A stretch of 64,000 nucleotides of DNA, taken from Blasia pusilla. Taxonomy: Eukaryota. The stretch is taken from NCBI GenBank assembly GCA_050084515.1, contig CM114271.1, positions 5,270,001 through 5,334,000 on the forward strand. The letters run 5' to 3'. Positions 53,001 to 64,000 of the stretch are shown piece by piece. Below the pieces are notes generated by a model. The model did not search any database. It saw only the letters and a program-made list of their open reading frames with translations, and was not told the DNA's origin. Position 1 is the first letter of the stretch. Each line of letters opens with the position of its first letter. The position numbers and the translations under genes were made by a program.

Positions 53001-54299
53001 GCAATTTTGCACTATGCAGTAAAAATTAATCCTACATTTTCATAAATTGCAGCTTTTTCTCAATTGCCACTTTCATATAGTTTGTTAAGATATTTGATAA
53101 GGGCAACTCAGCTATTTCTGGTTTTCTACTGGTATAATATTGTGTTTGGTATATCTTAGTCGTGGCACACTGTTCTGTTGAGATACTTCCTTGCTGTTTA
53201 AAGTGTCACCTCAATTTCTGGGAGCCTTTTTTTTGCAATGTCTAGTCTTGTTATATTGTAGCATTCTCGGTCATGGCCATTGTTGCGTCGTCTCAAGCCT
53301 TACAACAACAGATTAACAGGCAGATTTAGTGTTGTACTTATTTATTATCAGTGTGCTTATTCATATAAAGTATATGTAACCAAGTTCTGTCCAATCCCAC
53401 ACAGCTCTGAAACCTAAGGCTGCTGGAAATTTTACATCAGCATACACTCACACTTTGAGGCTGCCATCCGATTTGAACTTGCTCGTAATCATAAGACAAC
53501 CATTTCAAAAACTCATATTTTATTGGCTATTCTACCAACTATTCACCACTATTAATTAACTTTCACTGCACCCGCAATCGAAAATCGATAACATTCACAA
53601 AGCTGGTAGGCTAAAAAATATGTCGAATATTTTCTCTCACCATCTACTTATTCTAACATAGTATTCACAAGTTCACTCTCATTGACTTAAATAGAACACC
53701 CATAGAATTAAACGTATTACCTTAGGCGTCGCGGACAATCAATCCTTGTGTATACGGCTGTCCTTTTCACACTCTTATATCTCTGTTCACAATGAGGACG
53801 ACACATTGCCGCAACTAAGGGGCCGCATTCTTGTTACCTGAAAAGCCGAAAATGCCGATACATAAGGAGTTTGCAAATTGAAAGGCCACCCTCTAATAAT
53901 AATACAAACAGATCCTTGAGAAATTTTCAGCAAGAAGGTGCAATTGGGAGGTGAGACTTGTGCCATATGACGATGAATGAATGTATAATACAAAGAGAGC
54001 TACAGCTGAAATTAGGGTTTCGGAATCAGCAAAATAATGGCATTTCCTCCCACGAAAGAGGCACATTTAGGGTTTACCATTCCGCTCCTTCGTAACGTCG
54101 CTGTCCCTCAATCGGACACCGCACGTTTCAGCCACTGAAGGAGCTCCGGCCCTTGTCCAATCCAACAAAAAGAGAAAGAGAGAGAGAGGAGAGAGAGAGA
54201 GAGAGTGAGGGTTACGTTTCGAGTTCTTGCGCAGCCCTTCTCTCCCACCTGCGCCGGAGCCCTTCCCATTCATCTCTCGAATCGCAATGTGAATAATTT

Positions 54300-54770
54300 C
54301 TTCCGTCGGATGGAGAGAGAGAGAGAAAATGATGTTCTGAAGGACTGGGAAGCCAACATCTCCTTCTATCTAAGAAAGAGAGTCGGGTTTGGAAAGCAGA
54401 CATCTCCTAGCAGCCGAACTGGGAGATAGTTGGGATTTGAGAGAGAGAGAGAGAGAGAGAAAGAAAGTGATCTTCTGAATGACTGGAAAGTCAAGGTGAA
54501 GTCAAGGTATTCTTCAATCTTAGAAAGAGAGCCGGGTTTGGAAACCAAACACCTCCTTCCATCGAACAAAGAGGGAGTTGAGATTTTCTCCAGAGAGAGA
54601 GAGAAAGTGATCTTCTGAATGATTGGAAAGGTAAGATCTTCAATAAAAGAAAGAGGGTTGGGTCTTGAAAGTCAAGATGTCCTTCCGTCGGAGAAAGAAA
54701 TCTCCCTTATGAGAGAGAGATAGAGAATTGAATAGTCAGGAAAGTTGAGATCCTCCAAATCAAGAGAGAG
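54300..54770. repeat. GA-rich degenerate repeat, about 4 units of ~120-150 bp
   Basis: (GA)n-AA(A/G)TGAT(C/G)TTCTGAA(T/G)GA(C/T)TGG recurs at about 54320, 54455 and 54597. Confidence 0.65.
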
Positions 54771-55714
54771 GGAGGGACGGCCGTATTCGTAGGCGTTGTC
54801 TTCATCGATGAGCCACGAAAGTGGAGCGTTCCTCCCGTTTATGAATACCATTCATCAATTACTGACTGCCTTAGTCCCATTGAAGAGAGAGAGAGAGTCT
54901 CAGACTTCATTGTACAGGCCATGACTGGGGGTTTCCTCTCATTGAAGGAAGAGACGTGAGAGATTCGCGAATCGATAGGAAAGTGAAAACGTTGTCGTTT
55001 GCTCCCATCGAACGCACCCCGCGAGCATGAATTACAATGTGGATGACAACGAATGCATGGATGTTGCAACGAATGACTCATTGGATACAATCACAAAAGT
55101 GGGGGCTTGCTCGCATCAATCGCCGCAGCGTGGCCAAAATTTCACTAACTCATGATTTACTTCAAGAGAGAATAATCGAATTGAGCTATTGTCCACAGGG
55201 ACCCAAAACGGATGGTACTTTAGAGAGAGAGAGAGAGAGGCGATCCGTCTGCTGGAGGATTTGGTGACAGCCACTCCCACGCAGATTCTTCTCAATCTGG
55301 AAAAGGAGAGAACCTGTACAACAGAGAAGTGGAGCTTTATGCAATCTTGCTTCTGCTTGACCGATCGTTGTAAAATCTGTTTCCCACATATTGCCATGTG
55401 CACAATTCTTGAACAAATCGTCGAGTCGGATGAAGATGGCCTATTGCCCTTTCAGGCCGTGCGTGAAGCTTGAAACTATGACCCGTAGAATTCCCGTGCG
55501 GCTTGGGATCCGTGACATAATCTTCGAGGCACTTAAGAAAGTGGCATGCACATGAATTATTTTCTTCCCAAAGCTTGGCAATCGTTCCGTTTCCAGAGAG
55601 GTTCGTTTGGGAAACCTCGTCCTCCTGAGAAGGATTCGGCGAGCTTCATTCGATCGAAGGGTTGTGCTCTTCTTTTCGTGGGGATCTGTGGACTTGTTCC
55701 GTGCTTTTCGATCA

Positions 55715-56900
55715 TTTGAAGGATGCTGCCCTACATTTGGTGATGATCTTTGGAGTCGGCCGAAGACTTCTGCACTACAATTGCCGAAGATCTTCAAAGT
55801 TGGGTGAGGGATACTGTTCCACATTTCGTGAGGATGTATCCAATTAGGTGAGGGATGCTGTCCTACATTTGCTGAGGATGTGTAGGAGTGGGCTAAGCAC
55901 ACTGTCCTATATTTCATGAGGATCTGTGAAATTGGGTGAGGGATACTCTCCTACATTCATGAGGATCTGTGGAATTCGGTGAAGGATACCGTCGTGCATT
56001 TGCTAAAGATGTGTTGAATTAGGTGAGGGATATTTTCCTACATTAATGAGGATCTGTGGAAGAAGGTAAGGGATACCGCCCTACATTCGCTGACGAGGTG
56101 TGGAATTGGGCGAGGGTTACTGCTGTATGTTTGCTGAAGATGCGCGGGATTGGGTGAGGGATGCTGTTCTAGATTTCGTGACAATCTGTGAAAGTGGACG
56201 AGGGATGTTGCCACATTGCGGGATCATCTTTGAAATTGGGTGAAGCGTGCTGTACTGCATTTGCTGATGATGCTTGGAGTTTGGTGAAGAATGCCGCAAT
56301 ACATTTGCTGATGATCTTCAGATTTGGGTGAGGTGCAGAATGCTGCCCAAGTTGTTCTGAGCATCTCTGGGCTTCCGCGAGGAATACTGTTGTACATTTG
56401 CTGAATATGTGTGGAATTAGGTGAGGGGTAATGTCCTACATTTTGTGGGGATCTGTAGAACTAGTTGAGGGATAATGCCCTAGATTTCGTGAGATTCTGT
56501 AGAATTGGTTGAGGGATAGTCCCATACCTTTGCATGAGGATGTGAGTAATTGGGCAGGCTCCCTTCAAAGGATGCAGGTTTAGGGTTTACTTTTTTTGTG
56601 ATGATGTTTGGAATGGGGAGAGGCCTGCAGTCCTGTAATTAGTGAGGATCTTTGGAATTGGGTGAAGAATGCTGTCCTATATTTTATGAGGATCTGTGAA
56701 ATTGGATGAAGCATGCTGCCCTGCATTTGCTGATGATGTTTGGAATTGGATGAAGAATGCTGCCCTCCGCTGCTTGAGGATATGTGAAGCTGTGAGAACA
56801 CCAGCAAAGGTATGGTGCCGTCCTTTTGGAGAAGATCTTTGGAACTTTGTGAAGGATCCAAACCCACATTTGCTGAGGATCTGTGTCCAGAATTTGGTGA
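55715..56900. repeat. Degenerate 44-bp minisatellite (about 25 units) upstream of the F-box/kelch CDS
   Basis: Consensus approx. GGGATGCTGTCCTACATTTGCTGAGGATCTGTGGAATTGGGTGA; anchors at 55722, 55810 and 55854 give a 44-bp period. Confidence 0.9.
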
Positions 56901-57169
56901 GCTTCATTCGATGTAAAGGTGAAGCTGTGGGACAAAAAAGAACGAAAAAAGAAGCCGATGATTTTATATGGTCAGAAAGAAAAGAAGCCTTTTGAAAACG
57001 ATCAGGTCAGTAGAAGGAGGAAGGGGGGGAGGGGGATCAAATTAAGTGGCTTTCATTTGGAGTTGGATGGGCTTCATTCAAAGGGAGGGTGACATTTGAA
57101 CAGGTGAGGATCTAGGACGCAAGGAAAGCTGATGAATTGATATCAGCAGTTCAGTGGAAGGAGGACCAA

Positions 57170-58522
57170 ATGAAGTGGCACTCGTTTGGAGATGGTATGA
57201 GATCGAAGCTCATGAAAATGATCTCCGACATGATAAGTGAGGTGGCGAGCACGAGCAGCAGCAGCAACAGTGCAAGCAGCAGACGAACGCATTTTGAACA
57301 GGGGAGAGGAGGGGAAGATCAGAGCCTCATTCCAGGAATCTCTAACGAGTTAACCATCGATAGAATCCTCACGAAGGTGCCCTGGAAGACTCTCTATGTG
57401 CTCCAGTCCGTCAGCATTGCATGGCGGTCAGCGATTTACCATGGGAAGGTCTACGATGCTCGAGTTCGAACCAACTCCTCTCAAACTCTCGTGGCTCTGA
57501 TCCATAGAGCCCCAGTTCCCAAATCTGCAGAACCGTCTCTCGACAATCTCTACATCAGAACTATGGATCATGACACCAGAACTGCTGCTGTTCCCTGGTG
57601 GTCCCAGTTTGCCATTTCTCTCTTCGACCCCCTGGACAATTCTTGGCAGCAGCTGCCAGCACTACCTCATGTTCGAAGTGGAATTCCCATCAGATGTGGG
57701 TGTGTTTTTCTTCAGGGGAAGTTGTACATATTGGGAGGTGATGAGGACAACAACAACAACAGCAGCAGCAGCAACAACAGGACGAGAAATGAGGTGTTCA
57801 TGTTCGACTTGGTGGCTGGTCCAGGAGAGTGGCAAGCTTGTGCAAGCATGCTGAGCAGGAGGTCAGACTTTCCATGCGGAGTGGTTGATGGTAAAATCCA
57901 TGTTTCAGGTGGATCTGGAGGTCTGGAAGCAGAAGTGTACAATCCAGAGGAAGATTTGTGGCGACCCATTGCAGATCTGTTGCACCAACGGACAAATCAC
58001 ACAATGGTGAGCTTGGATGGGCAGCTGTATGTAGTTGGGGGAGCTGTGAGGTTCGAAACTCAAGACGATGACGGCAGTGTGGACATCTATGTGGATGCAG
58101 AGTGTGCAGAGTTGTATGATCCCTTGAAGAATCAGTGGACGGAAGTGGCAAAGGTGTTGGATGGGGTGGGAGATCACACCATGGTCGTTGTGAATGGAAA
58201 GCTTTACGACTTTCGTCACGAAGCTGTCGATGTCACAGCTTATGATGTTGCTTCGAACTCTTGGTCAATCTCGCAGCACATCTCGTGGGAAGCTCTGGAA
58301 TCCATGGGAGCTTCAAATGGAGCATGCTGTGCCATCACCGCCACCGCCGTTGATGGGGAGCTCTATGCTCTTGTGAGATGGCAATCTAATTTCTACGAGA
58401 AGCTGTCCATTCTAAGGAGTAAGTGTTTTGGTGACCATAGAGTTCCTCTATCTTGGGAAGGGCTTTTGTGCCCCTTCAAGATTGATTTGAACTGGCCCTT
58501 TCTTTGTGCTATTGCACTTTGA
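57170..58522 (+). CDS. F-box/kelch-repeat protein, intronless CDS (start ATG uncertain)
   Basis: F-box LIPGISNELTIDRILTKVPW..VSIAWR; kelch repeats GKLYILGG, GKIHVSGG..EVYNPEEDLW, GQLYVVGG..ELYDPLKNQW. Confidence 0.92.
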   Translation: MKWHSFGDGMRSKLMKMISDMISEVASTSSSSNSASSRRTHFEQGRGGEDQSLIPGISNELTIDRILTKVPWKTLYVLQSVSIAWRSAIYHGKVYDARVRTNSSQTLVALIHRAPVPKSAEPSLDNLYIRTMDHDTRTAAVPWWSQFAISLFDPLDNSWQQLPALPHVRSGIPIRCGCVFLQGKLYILGGDEDNNNNSSSSNNRTRNEVFMFDLVAGPGEWQACASMLSRRSDFPCGVVDGKIHVSGGSGGLEAEVYNPEEDLWRPIADLLHQRTNHTMVSLDGQLYVVGGAVRFETQDDDGSVDIYVDAECAELYDPLKNQWTEVAKVLDGVGDHTMVVVNGKLYDFRHEAVDVTAYDVASNSWSISQHISWEALESMGASNGACCAITATAVDGELYALVRWQSNFYEKLSILRSKCFGDHRVPLSWEGLLCPFKIDLNWPFLCAIAL

Positions 58523-61500
58523 TCGAACCAACTTCGATTGAATTGGCACCTTTTGTAAAGTGCTTGTGTGATGTTTGGTGGGTGCCCTTGAACGTGCATT
58601 TAATTGGTTTTTTGTCTGCAGAATCCATAAGTCAAGTTAGTCTTTGAGCAGATGTGGTGCTCAAAACCCTTGGAGTTTTTTTCCTCTTTTTATTGCATTC
58701 ATGTTTATCCTTCTTACACCCGTTCCTGTTCTTAAAAGAGAGAGTGAAATTAATCATAATCTTGAAATGATAGATAGAAATGATTGATGGAAGCCCATAG
58801 GGATGAAAAAAACAAAAAAATTTAACATTCTAAAATACAGGGCACAAAATTGAACATGATCAAACTTAATTTAACCTTCACATGTTTAACAATATTTTTT
58901 TCCTGACTTCACTTTCTTTCCAAGTGCAGAGAATCAGATATCTTTGAAACATGAGAAAGACTAGCTTTCAAAAATTGAAAACCTATCCCCTAATCATAAC
59001 ATACATAATGTTCACGCACTAGCTTATTTTCTCCAATATAATAGTTTCTAATATTTTGTCTGGATCTTTGTGAGAACTTTCTCCTCCATGCCCCACAATT
59101 GAATTCTCATATCAAAGGAGATCCAGTTAAGATGTGTGCCCAACACATCTCATAAACATTATACAAGGAGTTCAGATGCACTCAATTCGCGAATAGCCAC
59201 AGGCAAAGGGTGACATCAAGGCAAGCACATTCTTCTGGTCAGAGCAAGAATGTGATAAGAATCTGATGAGAATCAGAAAACCAAATACCATCAACCAGGG
59301 ACTCCCATTTTATGACTTTCCATGTGACCTTTGGTACATCAAGACTTTTCTCCATTTGCTTCTAGTGACTTCACATCAATTACTTTGAAAGTTGGTGCAT
59401 CCTCACTTCACTTGATACCTCTGAGTTCCTGGAAGCATGTGCTCGCAATCGATTAAGGTAGGCTTCCATGAGGCGTTCGCTGACACTCCATCACCTTGGT
59501 AAGGTGAAGTATTGACCACATTATATGCATGCTTGAGATTCACCTCTCATGTTGGAATTTTCCTTTGTCTCTCTGGAGTGTCATAAAACCTGTTCAAATT
59601 AGCAGCACGTACACTGTCAATGAAATGCCTAATGATATATGTTTTTGAATGGGTAATGTCCAGAAACTCATTAGCAGATGCATGTGTCCTCAATAGTCGA
59701 GGTTCACTATCAAGGAGAAGAAATATGATTAAGTCCCTTTTTCTGCTCATCACTTCTCACCTCATTCCTCCTTCCTTGCGTGGGCCTTAACCATGCCAGG
59801 CAGTGATGGAGGGTCTTTCTCTAAGCTTCTGAGTCCATGTCTCTAGACCAACTTTGGTCGTGCCTACATCGATACTGTATCCTCTGGGCATCCTTGCATG
59901 AGGTTCATGAGTGCAAAATTGTTGTCTAGCCGTAGCTCTTGAGCCATGTGAGCACAGCTAAAGTTGGTCTCTAGATGGCAGTGGTTCTTGGAACACGAGT
60001 TATGAGAGCACAGCCACAGTTCATCACTAGAAAAAAGCATAGAGAAAAGATAAGGGCCAGAATGCGAAAAGCCCATCAATCGAAAGAACAAGACGGACTC
60101 GAGGAATCAAGCACCCATCAACATCGGAACTGACCACCAACAGTCTACTTGAAGGACAAGCATGGTTTTCGAGCAAACAACAGCAAAAGGAGGGAATTCA
60201 GGTAGAAAAGCAGCAGGGATTGGCAAGAGTAACCCAACCTCAATGTGACGGTACAAAAAATCTCAAGACGTAACCGGAGGACTCACACGGTTTTTAATAG
60301 CAGAAGACAGCTCAGCAGAAAGGAGGATTCTATGAAGAAAGGATGAATGCCTTCTCCCATAACTTGTGACCAACATGATGCACAATTCCACAGATGTACA
60401 CTGCTGCACATTGACAAACGTTTTTCCCTGGAAGAACATTTTCAGACCAGCTACAGTCCCAAGCTTCCGTGCAAATATTAAGGGGCAATGTATGCCTGAA
60501 ATTGTTTGACGTCTCACAAAAGGGGCACATGCCAGCCGTCATGCATGGAATAAGCTGGAATAATCGTGAAAGCATTTGGTGAATTCTAAACATTTCATTC
60601 CCGAAACTCACACGTCCAGAACACATGAAAGACAGCAAGAAGCTATCAGATGACAGATGTTTGAAGACAATATCGGAGCTGAAACCTAAGGTTCCTCCAT
60701 TAGCTGTGGAAACTACCCAGGTATCTGCCCACGGAGAATGGAATCATTTCAAAAAGTTGCAAGTGAGCAACAGGTCTCAGCCCAAATGTTTGGAAAGTGA
60801 ACAAACTCAAAGACCTAGCAACTCTAACTATCTACAGTTAGAGAAGCACAGATTCAAATCAAAACTACAATTTTTTGATGCAGACAGTGTACTGGAGACA
60901 TTCTCATAGGGTCCATTGCAAAGGGTGCTGCATAATTGATAAATGTTCCATGTATTGCAAACCCACAACCTCAATGGCTCAGACACAACCATTGAAACTG
61001 CTTTACAATGTCAGAATGAATGAACTACGAAATTGAACAAAAAGTAGAGCAAAAATCACAAACTTTTCATTTTTTAAAACGAGTTTATTACGAAGAGATC
61101 AGAATTCAAAAATCTTACAAGATGTGGCAGCTGTCTGGCTTCTCTGGAACCCAAAATCATGAGAGCTGTGGTTTGCAAAGAGGCCTACGCCGGATGGCAA
61201 GAATGTACTGAAATCCCTGGCATTTCAAAGTCTCAGACAGCCGATTCAGATCATGAGACATACGCAGAGAAGTATATGGAACAGCTTCTAAAATTGTTGA
61301 GATAAGTATCAGGAGTTTGAATAATCCAGATAATCAGAGGCCGACATTCTGAAATAGTCCTTACATCAGTCAGTATCATTTAAAACGCCATTTGAGTGTT
61401 GAGTCAGATCACTATCCCTCAGAGGCGATCAGTAATCATCAGAGACTTAGCAATCATAATCAGTTGATTCCAGTCCAGCTATAAGAGACCCTTAAGGGTA

Positions 61501-63058
61501 TTAGAAAGTGTGGCAGACTGGTCAGGAGGATTGTTTGGAATTACTTTATCACATAGTAAATTACCTGGAGTTAGAAAAACATGGATTTGGGACAAAATCA
61601 AAACTCACACCAAAGACACACGTACTGCAGACAAATGACATGAGTCCACAAGAAAAATGATTGAGCCAGAGAGAGGCCACAGTTTGGCAGCACCCACAGG
61701 ATTGCCTCTGCAAGAATAAAATCCTGCCCCAAGCACTTCAGGAAAACCTTCTTTTGATCCTCCTCTTCTCAGGATGACCTTCACTACTGCAGATTTGTTC
61801 AGAGCAATGCTTTCCCACAAGGAATGATGATGTCTACAACATGAGACACAGCAACCAATCCCGGCTGATCCTGAAACAGACTCGGTATTCAAAACGATGG
61901 CATCTGCAATCTCCAGTGTTCAAGAAACACTGAACTACTACCCTGAGCGATTACGTCTGCAGTGACCTACTGTCCAGAGAAAGCCTAACGGTTAGGGTCT
62001 GCAATGAAGTCCTTAATCTTTGAGAAACAACAGATGCTCAGAACAACCAGGTTTGCAGTAACTCCTTCAGGTTCTAGAAACAGAGTCCCATGAACCCCCA
62101 GGAGCCATAGTTGACACGAAGAACTAATCTGAAATGAGAGGATACTTCACAAAGAGCTGAATGACAAACAACACCTCTCCTGATACCTCAGATAAAATCC
62201 AAACCAACTCTCAAAGCGACTGACAACTTTGATCACAAATGGGTCAACAGCTTGATGTGTGAGAGATACCTCTTTTGGAGAATCTTCCCAATTTGAATAG
62301 TTTTATCACTTACCTTGGCCCAGGCCCAAAACGCATAACAAAACTTCTGCTTCAACCTCTGACAGATCAAAAGCAGCCTCGTTAGTACAACACTAAGGAT
62401 GGGAGAAGAGCTACAACAATGAAGCCCTGACAACAGCTCATTGCAGAAATTCCAACTTCATCCCATTTCATCTCTGAGGATCAGCTTTGCATAAAGGAAA
62501 TCCTCAATCAGACAAACAGCAGCTTCATTCCAAACATAATTACAAAGGAGGTGATCAATGGAAGTCTCAGTTGCTCATTCATGTAAACAACTCACGATAC
62601 TACAATACACTGTGCCAGCACAACTGCATGAATCACCAGAGCTTACTGGCATATTGACACTGAATGGATGCAAAATTCACAAAGACTACTTGCTGAAATG
62701 GATAAGACTGTTGCAGTCCTTTACTAACCACTCATCATTGATTTCTTTACAGCAGGAATCCACTCTGCAGATTGATTGATTCCGTAATGTGCAGTTCACG
62801 CATTTGTAGCTGTGAAAGTCTCTTGTAGTGTGGCCTCAAGTCTAGTGCTAAAGTATTCTACACTTGCTATATGTACTCCACCAATTTCTGAGACGGCATT
62901 TGAGCACAAAACAAAATCCGTAGAGCGACACCAGCTCTCTAAAGACTATTTGATGTATAATCTAATTTGTGTCAACTCCATTCAACTGACTCAACCCTGT
63001 ATCCATGTCAAAACTGTGTGCCTAAACTCCATTGTTTGGAATGTTACTAACATTTAGC

Positions 63059-64000
63059 TCAGCCAGCCTTCATCTTTGGACTCCTCATCCTTGGACTCCC
63101 TCCTTGAGAAGAAGAGGAAGAGGAGGATAATGAAGGTGGAAGTTTTTTAGAACCTTTTTGTTGGTCCATATCAGCAACATCCTTGTTAAAAGCCTCAGCT
63201 AGAATTTCCTTCAATTCCTCTAAGCGCTGCTTCTTCAATGACTGCTCCTCTGGCTGTCCTCTATCATAACTGATAATATCACCCATGTCGTCATCCATAT
63301 ACTTATTCACTAGCATTGAACACCGAGGGAAAAACCGGTGTCCTAATTCCACTGCAACCATCCCAATCATCCACAATGTCAGGAATGTGATACACGAGTT
63401 TCCTAACTCGCAAACTACTTTCTCTGACTGAGGGGACCTTAAGCAGGGATCTCAAAGGGCCATGGGACTTAGTTTTGCAAGTTGTACATCAGTTGGACAA
63501 GAAAAAACCTCACCAGCAAGGGCCTAAAAGGACCTTTGTGCGAGAGAAACAATGGGAAGGAACACCTTGAACATAAAAAAAAGGTGGCTCTCCCCCACTG
63601 CATCAGGGTTGCATGAGGGAAGGAATAAACCTACGACCCAGAATGAAACACTTTGAATCCCTCCCTCTTGTTATAAAAATGACAAATCATTATTTGAAGA
63701 AGTCAAAACTTAGCATGTGACCGGTTTCAACTAGAATGACAAAAGAGATGAGAGCAACAGAACCTGCTCTTACAAGCGCACTAACTCTTTGAAGGAGTCC
63801 AGCATCCAAACCAGGCTCAGGGCTGTCAGAACTTGTATCATTGTTTGAAACAGCCCGCCTTGGTGGTAACTCTTTTCTAGCTGTTTCACACAAAAACAGA
63901 CAGCTTTAGATACTATAAAGATGAATTTCATGACCAGTAAGGCTAGAAAGAAACCACCAGACCTCTGCTGATAATAGCTGTGGAGACTTACGCAAATAAA
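63059..64000 (-). CDS. NPR: NPR1-family (salicylic acid receptor-like) gene, 3' part; exons 63059-63351 and 63764-63880, with another exon starting at ~63992 and running off the window
   Basis: ..LQRVSALVRA|VELGHRFFPRCS..MDDD..EEQSLKKQRLEELKEILAEAFNKD..SSSSSS matches the NPR1-like C-terminal domain; the splice phases fit. Confidence 0.88.

Noticed and set aside
55441-56995. Several ORFs on both strands
   Set aside because: Mostly derived from the 44-bp minisatellite, with no domain features

Overview
Eukaryotic land-plant nuclear DNA. An NPR1-like gene, a plant F-box/kelch gene and a plant-style tRNA gene support this; a bryophyte-like host is a guess. Gene-bearing flanks hold tRNA-Leu(TAG), a putative unknown spliced gene, 40S ribosomal protein S16 (uS9), a six-exon Abitram/Simiate (FAM206A) gene, an F-box/kelch gene and the 3' end of an NPR-like gene. 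Between them lies a ~38 kb transposon island (about 16.2-53.9 kb). It contains a captured BTB/POZ gene fragment, a C2H2-finger ORF, a decayed MULE-SWIM transposase, a foldback, a higher-order satellite, a decayed Helitron Rep/Hel and a 5'-truncated Ty3/Gypsy element. The main finding is that this Gypsy carries a DNMT3-like C5 cytosine methyltransferase domain in frame with its protease, and a PHD finger at the end of its integrase. A solo LTR (7796-8432) and an integrase fragment (1-72) of the same family also occur in the window. All assignments come from reading motifs by eye; no database searches were run.
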